Sequence record: MK774614.2
Reading direction: 5' to 3' (one strand)
Length of the DNA stretch: 64,000 bases
The notes under the pieces are model-generated. The model saw only the letters and a program-made list of their open reading frames with translations. It did no database searches and was not told where the DNA came from. Every line of letters begins with the position of its first letter. The stretch's first letter is position 1. Positions 1 to 10,700 of this stretch are shown piece after piece. The translations under genes were made by a program, and so were the position numbers.

Positions 1-1680
1 GAGTATCAATTAATCCCAGCGCTGCAAGCGCATATCTACAACATGGTGGAGACGTCATTTCGAACAGAATATCTCTTAACTGATAACTTGATGTTGACAG
101 CGTTACTTGGTAACTTATACGGGTCCCTGATCCCTGCTATTTTACAAATCCGTAAAGAGGCAGAAGGAACACGGTACGCACACGAGTTTTATATTTGGGC
201 AAGATTGACTTCTTTAGGGTTATCTACCATTTATAAAGATGTCTTAGATCGTCATCAAACCATGTGGCTCTATCGAAACCTTGATTATGTCTTGCGCCTC
301 CAGGGAAGGCGTCAAACCTTCGATGAATTGGTGGACGTGATCTTAACCAGACGTTCTATTCCGCTCGCTCGTTACGAAGTACTTCAAACCACTACCGATC
401 AATTGGAAACACTCACTCCCAGTCCTCGGTTGATTTCTAAACCAGTGAACTTAGCCAATGAGTTTGGGATGAGTACCAAGCTTTGGACAGTCGAAGAGGT
501 AGTTAGAAAAGAACTTCCCTTGGCGCTGGATAATGAACGTAACCAAGAGATGGACAACGAGATTACCGATTACGCCATTCGGTATGACATGACATCGAAG
601 ATTCCGACTAAAGTGTTGGAATCAACCATGGTGGATGCGACTGACCGCAATCCTCAGTCGATCATGAAAGTGCTCCATAATCATTGGTTATATTTAACCG
701 CAAATGACCTTTACGTGATCAACCATGATTTTGTTGATTTACGTACCGGAAGACACTTTCGGTTAAATACCAAGCAAGCCTACATACTTTGGTGTTACCT
801 CATAGATCAGTACAATGGGTTTCCCCGAGAGGACATCCCGTATTACGATTATTATGATGTAAGAAAGATCACTCCCCCAACTTATCAGACACTGATGTCG
901 TTGGGACACAGAGAGATCCTAACAGAAGAGTTATGTAAAGACATTTTAAATGTCAATGTGGTATTTCCAAGACTGGTTTCCCCTGACGGGTTTTTTGCAA
1001 AAGTAAAGGAAGCGTTTGATCAAATCTGGGAACACAAGAAGTTATATTTACACATCAATAACTTGTTCATTCAATCACGCACTAAAAATGCCGTGGAAGC
1101 ACTTTATGAAACAGGATGTGTTAAATTAACAGAAACCAAAACGTACCAAGCCTTTTTAGCAGAGAACGATCTCTCCTTTAGCGATTATGGTAAAGAGGAT
1201 CTCTTGGATCTGGCGTGGGGGATTTGGAAAAAGGTAACTGGCTGGGAAAACGTCAACTACATCACGGTCGGGGATCAGCAACGAACACTGATTAACCTAA
1301 TGGCCGACTTGACCAGTTATACTGTACAGTATATCGGGAGCACAGAAAGTAACAATGGACATTATCAGTTAGCATTCCCTCTCCAAGTTGATACGGACAT
1401 TTGGCCGGTAAACGGAGACACCGCACTGGAAAGTGATAACAAGGATCTGCATGTTCCTGTTCACTTCAAAGGCGTGGTGGAACCTCAGTTATTTGCATCC
1501 AGTCGACCTCACTCAGTAGAAGGGAATTTGATTCACCACATCGAAGGGTTGTCAGAAGGAAGAAGCGATCTGACGTTGTCCATGAATTTGTACGATGACA
1601 CGTCGCCTGATACCATGATGCCGTGTATGATTAGAACGGGACTGATTGTTCGAGCAGACCCCAGTAATTGGAGCGAATGA
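1..1680 (+). CDS. Probable virion structural (baseplate-region) protein, 5'-truncated by the window edge
   Basis: Frame is open from base 1 (EYQLIPALQAHIYN precedes the ORF-track Met at 43). Long ORF heading a structural-looking block. Function inferred from context only. Confidence 0.55.
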   Translation, partial: EYQLIPALQAHIYNMVETSFRTEYLLTDNLMLTALLGNLYGSLIPAILQIRKEAEGTRYAHEFYIWARLTSLGLSTIYKDVLDRHQTMWLYRNLDYVLRLQGRRQTFDELVDVILTRRSIPLARYEVLQTTTDQLETLTPSPRLISKPVNLANEFGMSTKLWTVEEVVRKELPLALDNERNQEMDNEITDYAIRYDMTSKIPTKVLESTMVDATDRNPQSIMKVLHNHWLYLTANDLYVINHDFVDLRTGRHFRLNTKQAYILWCYLIDQYNGFPREDIPYYDYYDVRKITPPTYQTLMSLGHREILTEELCKDILNVNVVFPRLVSPDGFFAKVKEAFDQIWEHKKLYLHINNLFIQSRTKNAVEALYETGCVKLTETKTYQAFLAENDLSFSDYGKEDLLDLAWGIWKKVTGWENVNYITVGDQQRTLINLMADLTSYTVQYIGSTESNNGHYQLAFPLQVDTDIWPVNGDTALESDNKDLHVPVHFKGVVEPQLFASSRPHSVEGNLIHHIEGLSEGRSDLTLSMNLYDDTSPDTMMPCMIRTGLIVRADPSNWSE

Positions 1681-1681
1681 C

Positions 1682-1999
1682 ATGGAAAGACTCACCACCT
1701 TATATGAAGGTGAAAGTCTAAAAGTATTAGTTAAAAACGAACAGTCTTTATTGTTATTGGTTGGTAATCGTCATGTGAAATATGAAAAAACCGATTTGTG
1801 TTTTCTCAATGCATTACGTCTTTCAACATCGAAGTCTGTGTTAAACGCTCAAGACGTTGCCAACATTGTTCGAGAAAGTTATCGTCCTTTTTATTCAACC
1901 GATATTGAAACAATTGTTTCTAAGCCAGATTGTTTTGAAATCGTAATTAAAGACGATGTGTATATTCACCGTGGTAGTTTTTATATTTATAAGGAATAA
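1682..1999 (+). CDS. Hypothetical protein
   Basis: Fills the gap between neighbours. ATG at 1682 directly follows the upstream stop (track start 1646 is probably too early). Confidence 0.6.
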   Translation: MERLTTLYEGESLKVLVKNEQSLLLLVGNRHVKYEKTDLCFLNALRLSTSKSVLNAQDVANIVRESYRPFYSTDIETIVSKPDCFEIVIKDDVYIHRGSFYIYKE

Positions 2000-2002
2000 A
2001 CA

Positions 2003-2923
2003 ATGTCTTCTACTACAGACACTGGTCGTACCAAAAGTAAATTACCTTCAACACTTGCCACACCATTTGGGATTGGGATTGTTGTCTCTGCTGCTGTCAC
2101 TACCCGTCAACCATTCACCCTGCCGCAATGGACAACATTGAACGAACATTACGGTGTGCTTGCTGATGAGTCCTGGGGTCAGAAACACGGCAAAGATTTC
2201 TACTTGGGGTATTATGGGATTGGCATTGGTGGGTCTCGTTCCATTGGTCTGGGGACCAGCGGGCTTGAAAGTCGCAAAGTCAATGAACATAAAACCACCG
2301 ATGAAAATGCGTTTTATCCGATCCCGTTCGTCATTCGCGAAATTACCAATGATCTAGATCCAGTGGTGCGTGAGATGTACCGGATGCGGGTGGTGCGCAA
2401 AATCGGTGATAAAACGTACGTGATGTATTATCTAAAGAAAATCGGGTTTGCAGAATTTGATCCTTCCATGAAAATCGGGACCAGAGATCCTGTCACCGGC
2501 AATGAAACCGAACGTCCGTATGTGCCAAAGAAAGAAGACCTGGCTCCCCCCCCGTACGAACTGACTTCTGTTAACTCTATTCCGCTGACTAATAAATATG
2601 TCAATGGGACCGGTAAGATGGATCTGTCGTTGAATGAAGACGATCTGAATGAAGTTAAGAACGTATGCCGGATTCTCTTTAATGATGCGTCCTTGGCAGC
2701 TATTAATGAGATGTATCTGGCTTATGGTGTAGAAACCACCGCTGATGGTCAGGTTGGTGAAACAGGGACAGTCAATTACAAAGAACTGCAATCGGCAGTA
2801 GTTGCCTATTCAGTTAACGAAGCCTGGGCGCGGGATGCTAATGCAAACACCAAGATGCCATGGTTTTTCCATTATGGTAACTCACTGCCATTGTTGGTTG
2901 ATCAGTCTGCTTTAGCGGGTTAA
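2003..2923 (+). CDS. Probable virion structural protein
   Basis: 306 aa with AAGGAATAAAC RBS. The FYLGYYGIGIGG motif resembles conserved jumbo-phage baseplate-region proteins (recall, not searched). Confidence 0.55.
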   Translation: MSSTTDTGRTKSKLPSTLATPFGIGIVVSAAVTTRQPFTLPQWTTLNEHYGVLADESWGQKHGKDFYLGYYGIGIGGSRSIGLGTSGLESRKVNEHKTTDENAFYPIPFVIREITNDLDPVVREMYRMRVVRKIGDKTYVMYYLKKIGFAEFDPSMKIGTRDPVTGNETERPYVPKKEDLAPPPYELTSVNSIPLTNKYVNGTGKMDLSLNEDDLNEVKNVCRILFNDASLAAINEMYLAYGVETTADGQVGETGTVNYKELQSAVVAYSVNEAWARDANANTKMPWFFHYGNSLPLLVDQSALAG

Positions 2924-2938
2924 TAGAAGGAGGTTGTT

Positions 2939-3565
2939 ATGAACTACAGAGCAACCTCCGAGAGCAGTTTGTATTTATCATTAAACATCAGTGATAAAGC
3001 AGAACATGTGATTAAACAACTTAATCATCGTTATCCCCTTCATCTTGATCCAAATCGATTTGCTAACAATCAGGTCTTTTTGGATCAAACAGGGAATCTG
3101 CGAATCGATCTGATTAATGCGCAAACTAACCTCACGGAATGGGTCGTCAAACATCGGGATGATGATTCTGATCAACCTTACCTGACTCCTGAAGTCAAAC
3201 TGATCCGACACCCCAAGTTATTAGACCACCCTGAATTAATGCAATACCAATCGGTGTTGATTAACACCAAGCAAGAACTGGAGTTTCTTCTTTCTGTTCC
3301 CTTGGATACCAACGGTCAGGATTCACTGACTAGCCTCGATAAAGCACACCGGTTAATGGAACTTTTAAACCAGTATCACATCGGCCCTGGTTGGAGTTGC
3401 AATCCCGGTGTTGCTTACACAACTGCGTATTTTAAGGTTCTTTATGCGGGACCTTTTGATACCATGCCCGATGAATATAAACTCAATCCCAACGTAACCT
3501 TTGTTGCTGTTGTGGAATTGACCGGTGAAACAGGGCCAGTTGTGTACTCTTTGACAGTGGGATAA
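2939..3565 (+). CDS. Hypothetical protein, possibly structural
   Basis: 208 aa, GGAGG RBS, co-directional within the operon. Confidence 0.6.
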   Translation: MNYRATSESSLYLSLNISDKAEHVIKQLNHRYPLHLDPNRFANNQVFLDQTGNLRIDLINAQTNLTEWVVKHRDDDSDQPYLTPEVKLIRHPKLLDHPELMQYQSVLINTKQELEFLLSVPLDTNGQDSLTSLDKAHRLMELLNQYHIGPGWSCNPGVAYTTAYFKVLYAGPFDTMPDEYKLNPNVTFVAVVELTGETGPVVYSLTVG

Positions 3566-3570
3566 AGAGT

Positions 3571-4158
3571 ATGATTAAAATAATGGGCATTGACCCGGGT
3601 ACCCGAAGTTTGGGGTTAGCAGCACTGGAGGTTTCTGTTCATGAAAAGAAACCCTTTAAACTGGTGTATGCTGATACCATTCTTGGGGAATATAACAAAT
3701 ACGACATCAGAGCTGATGGTGAGCATCAGGTATTCGCAAAAGGGCTAACCCGGGCATATTCACATGTGTTCGATATGTTGGATCCAACAGTAGTAGGATG
3801 CGAAGATAACTTCTTAGGTCTGAATCCTGCGTCGTTTAAACGTCTGATTGAAGTAGTCTCTTATTTCAATATTTACACGACGACCAACAAAAAAGACACG
3901 CCGTTTAAACTGATTCTCCCCCGTCTCGGTAAACAAATCGTTGGTGCGGACTTTAGAGGTTCTGAAAAAGAAGATGTTAAAAAGGGATTAAAGGCCTGTC
4001 CTTTCTTAGATACTAATGGGATAGATCTTGATACTCTTTCTGAACACGCTCATGATGCGATCTTGATGGCACTTTACGTTTCAGTGCAGTATTATAAAGA
4101 TCTTGGATGGAACGTACTCAATGGAGAAGATACCAACGCCATCGGTAAACCCAGATGA
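3571..4158 (+). CDS. ruvC: Holliday junction resolvase, RuvC family
   Basis: IMGIDPG (catalytic Asp), VVGCEDN (catalytic Glu), EHAHDAI (C-terminal acidic/His pair). Confidence 0.88.
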   Translation: MIKIMGIDPGTRSLGLAALEVSVHEKKPFKLVYADTILGEYNKYDIRADGEHQVFAKGLTRAYSHVFDMLDPTVVGCEDNFLGLNPASFKRLIEVVSYFNIYTTTNKKDTPFKLILPRLGKQIVGADFRGSEKEDVKKGLKACPFLDTNGIDLDTLSEHAHDAILMALYVSVQYYKDLGWNVLNGEDTNAIGKPR

Positions 4159-4819
4159 CTCGTATGACTGGATTCCGATGATTTTGAAATCAACCTCTGG
4201 ATTTAACTCTTGTTTAACAGTCGCTATTACCAGTATCATTTTTGTCATCACCATCCATGACGGGATTATGTATACCCAGATTGGATGGTTCAGTGCAAGT
4301 CAAATCTTTTTGATGACCTGCGGTGTGATGATCATGGCGTGGCACTTTGTTAATGCCAATGTGACACTCTCCTCTGTGCTTAAAACAGAGGTAGAAGAAC
4401 AGCAAGAAGAAATTCCCCAGAGTGTTGAAAGTGATCGGGTGTGTGATAATTTAAAATGCACACACAAAGCGCATAAAACGCGCGTAGGTGGATTGGCAGA
4501 AGAAGATATAGCATTAGAGCGTAATCTGTTAGGATTGTCCACAGTGCTCATGAGAGCGGTTGCTGGATGTGTTTCTGTGCATGTCATCTGTTTTGGTAGC
4601 TTGATCTTTACGTGGAGCATTCGAGAAGCCATTTTAATTGGAAAAACGATGCCAGGAGATATGCAAATCTTTTTGGCAGTTATTGGTCCGATTATTACCT
4701 CTTGGAACTTTGTTAAAGCAGCAAATACCATCAATGTCCTAATGAGCTCCGGTGGAGCGATTTTGAAACTGAGAAGTAAACTTGCTGAATTCATCTCACC
4801 AAAACCCCCAACCCCATAA
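4121..4819 (+). CDS. Multi-pass membrane protein (about 4 hydrophobic segments); holin candidate
   Basis: Hydrophobic stretches CLTVAITSIIFVITI, IFLMTCGVMIMAWHFV, AVAGCVSVHVICFGSLIFTW, IFLAVIGPIITSWNFV. Converges on the spanin pair. Confidence 0.55.
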   Translation: MEKIPTPSVNPDDSYDWIPMILKSTSGFNSCLTVAITSIIFVITIHDGIMYTQIGWFSASQIFLMTCGVMIMAWHFVNANVTLSSVLKTEVEEQQEEIPQSVESDRVCDNLKCTHKAHKTRVGGLAEEDIALERNLLGLSTVLMRAVAGCVSVHVICFGSLIFTWSIREAILIGKTMPGDMQIFLAVIGPIITSWNFVKAANTINVLMSSGGAILKLRSKLAEFISPKPPTP

Positions 4820-4826
4820 ACAAACA

Positions 4827-4860
4827 GTTCTCTACTCTCCTTCACAGGAGAGTAGAGAAC
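4827..4860. terminator. Bidirectional intrinsic terminator
   Basis: 15-bp perfect stem gttctctactctcct/aggagagtagagaac with loop tcac, between convergent genes. Confidence 0.8.
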
Positions 4861-4873
4861 GTTATATTCAACG

Positions 4874-5320
4874 TTACTTTTTGTCACTTGCACTGAGCTC
4901 ATCGATGATTAAATTAATGCTTGCAATGAGCTGATCAATGCTTTCATTTAATCCCGTGACTCTGGCATTGGTTACATCCAACTCTTTGGTTGTCGCAATT
5001 AAAATCAACCTGGTTGTCTTATAACACGTTTCTCGAGCAGTCGTTCGAGTACAGTCATTCATCGCCAGATATTGATTTAACTGCTCCATCCGAGGAGGTT
5101 GAGGTTTCCAATCAGGAACGTACACATTAGGGGGTAGTTTTGTGAGTGAGCTCTTTAGCCCTTTTAACTGCGTCTTGTACAGTTCCAGTTTTGCTAGTTC
5201 TGTTTTCATCTCCACGTAATTGCCCGCCGCCGTCACCTTTGGTTGACTGGAGCAGCTGCTTAGCATAAATGTCATCAAGACTAGCACTAGCATCTGTTTG
5301 ATCGTATTCATATTTATCAT
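4874..5320 (-). CDS. o-spanin-like outer-membrane lipoprotein
   Basis: MNTIKQMLVLVLMTFM-LSS|C lipobox, Pro-rich segment LPPNVYVPDWKPQPP, 5' end overlaps the i-spanin in another frame. Start at 5320 (AAGGGA RBS) or 5311. Confidence 0.75.
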   Translation of the reverse strand: MINMNTIKQMLVLVLMTFMLSSCSSQPKVTAAGNYVEMKTELAKLELYKTQLKGLKSSLTKLPPNVYVPDWKPQPPRMEQLNQYLAMNDCTRTTARETCYKTTRLILIATTKELDVTNARVTGLNESIDQLIASINLIIDELSASDKK

Positions 5321-5615
5321 ATATCCCTTGATACCCTTGTTCAATAAGCAGATTTTGTTTAGCAATCTGCATCTCAAGGTTTTGCGCCCATTCCCGTTGC
5401 TGTTCTGCGGCTTGCGTTAACTTCTCAGAAGCCAATGAAAACTTATCCACCGCCACCACTAATTTCTCGACAGTTTCCTGATTAAGTTTATTGGGGTCTT
5501 CTTTAAAGAACATCGCGTACGCTGTAAACACGATCAGTATCCAAATTCCAATCGCAGTGAGCAGCTTTGTTTTATCCATTTCGGGGAGTAAATTTAGCCC
5601 AGGTAGTGGTAACAT
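5127..5615 (-). CDS. i-spanin-like inner-membrane protein
   Basis: Single N-terminal TM (LLTAIGIWILIVFTAYAMFF) followed by a coiled-coil-like region. ATG 5615 is coupled to the upstream stop at 5617-5619 (alternative start 5579). Confidence 0.7.
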   Translation of the reverse strand: MLPLPGLNLLPEMDKTKLLTAIGIWILIVFTAYAMFFKEDPNKLNQETVEKLVVAVDKFSLASEKLTQAAEQQREWAQNLEMQIAKQNLLIEQGYQGIYDKYEYDQTDASASLDDIYAKQLLQSTKGDGGGQLRGDENRTSKTGTVQDAVKRAKELTHKTTP

Positions 5616-5616
5616 A

Positions 5617-6849
5617 TTAGTGAGTCTCAAAGTTAATCCCGTAGATTTTAAAAAAGTATCCCTTAGGTAAATGTCCAGGTGAGCTTTGATTAATATCCAG
5701 AGAGTTAACAAAGTTACCTCCCATTGCACCGGCAGTTTGGATAGGATAAACTTTCTTAATACGGACGTCATGGTTTAACAAACGCTGTCCAATCCCATAG
5801 CTCTTTACATAAGGCAAGGGGAACAGCCCATTTTCAAGCACCACTGGATGAGGGAACCGCTCCTCTGTGTGCAAGACATTCGGATAATGGAACGTTGTTA
5901 ACGGCACAACACTCACACCGACTGTGGGATTATCAATTAGGACTACAAAAGAGTTAGCCATGGTCAAGGCTTCTTTTTTGTAGAGATCTAATTTTTTCAT
6001 ATTGGTTAATTTAGGGGTACGAGTAAACTCCTTGTACGTTTGATAATGAGACATGGCATCAAATGCACCTAAGTTCACAATGATGTCTTTATCACCGACT
6101 TGGTAAATCAAATCTGGATCAGTTAGTAACTGACCATTCACAACAACCCAGATGGTTTTGTTTTGAAGATCCTGATCAGGAAGATTGATTTTCCACCTTG
6201 TCGCACCAGTCGTTTGAACATCCTTTAACATGTCAGCACTAATCGGGATTGTTTTCAATGAGCCAATCTTTTCAAAGTTAAGGGCACTGATACGGATGTC
6301 CTTTCTAACTGCAATGTAATCGTTCCCGGCACCCAATAAATAAATCCCATCTTGACGACCTACAGCTCGTGTAAAAACACCATTAACTGTAAAGAGACAT
6401 TGTTGTGCTTGTTTAGCATAATCAATCCCTGTTACAAATTTATAGTGTTTAAGCAAGACGTCAGGAGCTGAATCGACCAAGAGATCGGACTGTCTATCTT
6501 TTGCAAGATTAAGATCAGCGGGGTAATGAAAATACCCGTTCTCAAACAACCGTTCTAATTTTACGTATTGCTTATCAGTTCCCGGTTGAATTTTAGACCG
6601 TTTTAGGACAACTTGGGATTTCGTATCAAGCCAACCTTGGATACCATTGGTAGGATCCGCGGCAAACTCTAGCGCGTAATCGTCTAGGGTAATTGTCAGC
6701 TTTGTGTTATAGAGTTTATCCTCAACCACAATGTAAAGTACAGAGAACAATTTCCCTAGATCTTTAACATAGTAGTTGCGTATATCCACGACATGAAAAC
6801 CCGGTTGATAATCCTTATATCGTCCAACTGCATATAAGTACTTATACAT
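5617..6849 (-). CDS. Probable virion structural protein
   Basis: 410-aa beta-rich ORF in the structural block. Position next to tail-fibre genes is as in phiKZ-like phages (inference). Confidence 0.5.
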   Translation of the reverse strand: MYKYLYAVGRYKDYQPGFHVVDIRNYYVKDLGKLFSVLYIVVEDKLYNTKLTITLDDYALEFAADPTNGIQGWLDTKSQVVLKRSKIQPGTDKQYVKLERLFENGYFHYPADLNLAKDRQSDLLVDSAPDVLLKHYKFVTGIDYAKQAQQCLFTVNGVFTRAVGRQDGIYLLGAGNDYIAVRKDIRISALNFEKIGSLKTIPISADMLKDVQTTGATRWKINLPDQDLQNKTIWVVVNGQLLTDPDLIYQVGDKDIIVNLGAFDAMSHYQTYKEFTRTPKLTNMKKLDLYKKEALTMANSFVVLIDNPTVGVSVVPLTTFHYPNVLHTEERFPHPVVLENGLFPLPYVKSYGIGQRLLNHDVRIKKVYPIQTAGAMGGNFVNSLDINQSSPGHLPKGYFFKIYGINFETH

Positions 6850-6878
6850 TTTTCACCTTTCTCTTAGTAGAGGTTTCT

Positions 6879-7643
6879 ATGGCAAATAATCTCATGGCAC
6901 TGGGTGGACAACTCATTTATCCATGGAACCCGTTTAATGATCTGGCCGAAAACGAGATCAGAAATGAAGTGGTTCACGTTGAACCAAACGCAAAAGGAGT
7001 GGTGTTACTCCCTCGTAAAGGACCTTTTCACGTTAACGGTGTAAAAATTCGATTACGTGATTCGGGACGTGAATTGCGTTTAGAAGCAGGAGATTATTCG
7101 TTTATTTATCCCTTTGGGGCATTCATTCGTAAATACTCTCTGCTGGTCTACGGCGGTATCCAGATTCACAACATCACTGATCCAACGAATCTGGAAATTG
7201 ATTACAATACCATCGGCGCGGATTTCGTACTTGATGATATTGCGTATGCAGAAGCCGTCGCATTGACATTGACCAGACCACGGCGAGCTGACTGGAATCA
7301 GATCACTAATGTTCCGACCACGTTCCCCTCTGACCCTCATCCTCATCCTGCGTCTGATACCATCGGCTATGATGACATGATGATTGCACTGAAAAGTTAT
7401 ATCGACGCAGTGGCGGGACCCGGTAATCCAGAATCACTCCAATCCCTATTGGAAGAACATTTGTCTGCGGATCTTCGTTTAGCCCACAAAGCCACCCTTG
7501 CAGACTTGGGATTAAAGAACCTCCAAGATTGGGCAATGGTCAGTAACGATGAATTGATCACCGGTGAAAGTACAGAGGTGTTAATGAACTTGAATGCCAC
7601 TAAACAACTGATCCGTGCGTATGCTCAAGGTCTGTGGAACTAA
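6879..7643 (+). CDS. Tail-fibre/baseplate attachment protein, short member of the local paralog family
   Basis: WNQITNVPTTFPSDPHPH phage-tail-repeat-like motif and EHLSADLRLAHKATLADLGL motif, both shared with the downstream fibres. Confidence 0.65.
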   Translation: MANNLMALGGQLIYPWNPFNDLAENEIRNEVVHVEPNAKGVVLLPRKGPFHVNGVKIRLRDSGRELRLEAGDYSFIYPFGAFIRKYSLLVYGGIQIHNITDPTNLEIDYNTIGADFVLDDIAYAEAVALTLTRPRRADWNQITNVPTTFPSDPHPHPASDTIGYDDMMIALKSYIDAVAGPGNPESLQSLLEEHLSADLRLAHKATLADLGLKNLQDWAMVSNDELITGESTEVLMNLNATKQLIRAYAQGLWN

Positions 7644-7656
7644 TCCCCCATTTCGC

Positions 7657-7686
7657 AGAAAGAGAGGTCTTCGGATCTCTCTTTCT
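7657..7686 (+). terminator. Intrinsic terminator
   Basis: 13-bp stem (one G-U pair) with cUUCGg loop, followed by T-rich sequence. Confidence 0.75.
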
Positions 7687-7704
7687 TTATGTGAGATATG
7701 AATA

Positions 7705-10700
7705 ATGAACAAAGAAGATTTTCCGCTTTACAAATTAGATCTGACAGGGATTTCGCCCTTTAATAAGATCACCTTGGAATATGGGAAACGAGATTCGCAA
7801 ACAAACGGTGATCTTTTTATTCCATTAAAAGCCCCTTTCTATATTAACAGTGTTCAACTTTATCATCCCAACGGCGCTCCTATGGTGCTCGATGAGGATT
7901 ATGAGTTTTATGGGATCTTAAGTAAACTCAGTGCCTATACAGCAAAACCGGTAGGGCTTTATATCCGGTTTAAGAAACCCGAGATCCAGGAATGGAAAGT
8001 AACATATCAAACAGTGGGGAACTTTAATAAAATCACCACTGAAATTTTGAATATGTTAAAAGTGTTGACGACCGATGACCGGATGGTGGACTGGGAGAAC
8101 ATTGACAATAAACCACTGTGGTTTGTTCCAGAAGTTCACCAGCATGATTGGTCATTTGAGATTTTCATGTTCACAGAACTTGCTTCTGAACTGTTACGGT
8201 TAGTCGGGATCCAAGAAACCACATCTAATAACGTATTGGTTCGTTTAGAGAAGTTCCAAGCTCGCATTGAAGTCTATATTGAAGAGTATCAAAAAGGACT
8301 CTTTAAACTCATTGAAGATCACGACGCAGGAAGAGTTAATAACCACGGCGTCAGCAAAGCAGTCTTGGGCCTGGAGAACGTGGATAACTTCGCCACAGCC
8401 ACGCTACAAGAAACCTTGGATGGTTTACGCAATGACCTACACCTCACTGTTCAAAACGCTACAAAGGCTGTAGAAGCCGCCAGTGGCCGTAATGAACGGC
8501 TATTCCCATCAGGTTCTCTTCCTTTACTGCGTTATGGCTCCGATTCCTTTATTCCGCCTAAAATCGACGGGTCGTTTGAAGGGATGGGTGGAATCTTTGG
8601 TCGTATCGGTGCGGTCCTTGAGAGTAGCGGAGAACTGCTAGTTTTGCAGAGCCGTTATAATGGTCAAACTCGCGGGCTTTATTACATCCGTGCAATGCGA
8701 TTTGGAACCACTCGTCCTGAGTGGGAGTTTACCAGTTATCGTTATGAACACCCCACTGCCAAAGCAGACGGGGCGACGTTATCAGTAATCATTAATGGAT
8801 CCAACCAATACGGGATGGTGGTTGGGGATAACGTTAACAATATCTGGTATTGGTGTGAAACCAATGGGACACTCAATCCTGCACGGCATATCTTAAAACG
8901 TATTGATACGGCTACTGCCACATTACTGACTCAATTCCACGCAAGAACAAACTTGCTGGTTGATCAAGACTACAAAAATAAAATGGTCTTGATGATGGGG
9001 GTAGACATTGCTTATGTTAAGACTGTCAGACCCACTTGGCCGGATACAGCAGCAACTGGCGGGGGGGACCGTAAGTTAGAAGGGTATCTGTTCTTTGCTA
9101 ATTTAAAGTTAAGCGGGACATGGACCAATTGCAAAGTCAATTACACACACCCAAGTTTTGGGAATTACAATGACAAATTGTTTACTCCCTATATTCGCAA
9201 GATGGGAACGGCAGGTGGTTTAACAGGCGTCATTGAGTTCCACGCTAAATACAGTAAAGCGCTTTCGAGTATTTGGGAATACGACACCGTTTACGCATTC
9301 TCAGGTCAAGGGAGTGACGGGAAAGCTGTTCTTCGACTAGAGACTCGTATCTACGGTCAAACAGCTGCAGGTAATTCTAACATTGCCTGTAGTAACGTTT
9401 GGAAAGGAAAATTTGAGATTGTTGAAAGTCCAACCATGACCATCAACATCACACCTGTAGAAAACGAAAAACTGTACAAAGTAAACCCAGAGTCGCCTTT
9501 TGATACCAGTAATGGAAACGAAGGAGATTTGTATAAACAATGGAAGGTTTCTCCCTTTGCTTTTGTTATTTCCTGGGGAACGTATGCCGGGAGTATCTTG
9601 CTTCCTGGTGGTCATCGTTTAACACTGGTCTCTACCATGTCTTATTCTATCCCGTTTAAGGCTAACTTTACAACGTCGGTTAACTTTAGCTCACCTGATA
9701 AGTTGATAGAAATAGAGGATTACGTTACACCGATTGTCAAATCGTCGGATATGATATTGGAGTACACACCGATTGGTCTTGCTGGATCGTTTATTAACCC
9801 ATTCATGCTTGTTGCGAACATTGATGACACAACTACAGCGGGCGTAATGGTCAGACAAGTGGCAAGCGACGGGAACACTGAATGGATTCATCGTAACCAG
9901 CCTTTTATGGATGCAACATATGGGATGCGAAATGATAACGTCACAACCATGACCATCGATGGACGTCCTGTCAAAAGTCACCCCATTGTCTCTAAAACCA
10001 ATAAAGTCAATTTGGGACAGCATATTGTTTTAACCCAAACGGGGCTCCCGAATGAATCAAGTACCGCCATTAAACGAAAACGTTGGGTGGAGTTCTTAGG
10101 GGCAGATGCGTTTAGTTCTATTGATGGTAAAGCAGCTGGGGTAGGAGATGGGTTACTCGTTAAAACGTGTAAACCAACAATTATTAACGATGTTATCAAT
10201 TTGGTTCCACAGATTGTGTACAATGTTAAAAAGCCTATCATGACCACAATCAAAGCGTGGCTCCAGACAAAAGGTTTCCCCGTTGATCGGTTAGATAAGT
10301 CCTGGACAATCCACCGCGGAACAATGCCAGATGGAACGACCTTTGAATACCTGATAGTGACCGGGACACGTCCGGGAAGTAACGGATATCGAAACGCATA
10401 CTTCTGTCCCATCTTGGTTAGATTTGCAGGAACGGGAACCCCGACCACTGTTAATGGATATCAGTATTATGATGATGTTTCTGTTACCATCCTTTCTACG
10501 TTTGTTGAAAAGCTCTATTTGGACAACGTGATTGGGGATTCTTTTGGTAATCCTGGCGGAATACAAGCGCAAAGCGCCATCGGCTTTAATGGGTGGAATA
10601 AATCCATAAACGGGACATTGCAACCAACTGAGATTTGCGGAATGTTGCGCAGTCTTCACCGTTATCCTGTTCCTGGATATAACTACACAGTTGACGTCTT

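Noticed and set aside
4300-4902. 200-aa minus-strand ORF and other antisense or nested ORFs in the track (e.g. 30883-31485, 49860-50384, 61250-61921)
   Set aside because: They shadow better-supported genes, lack RBSs and show no recognisable motifs. Only the spanin overlap has independent support.
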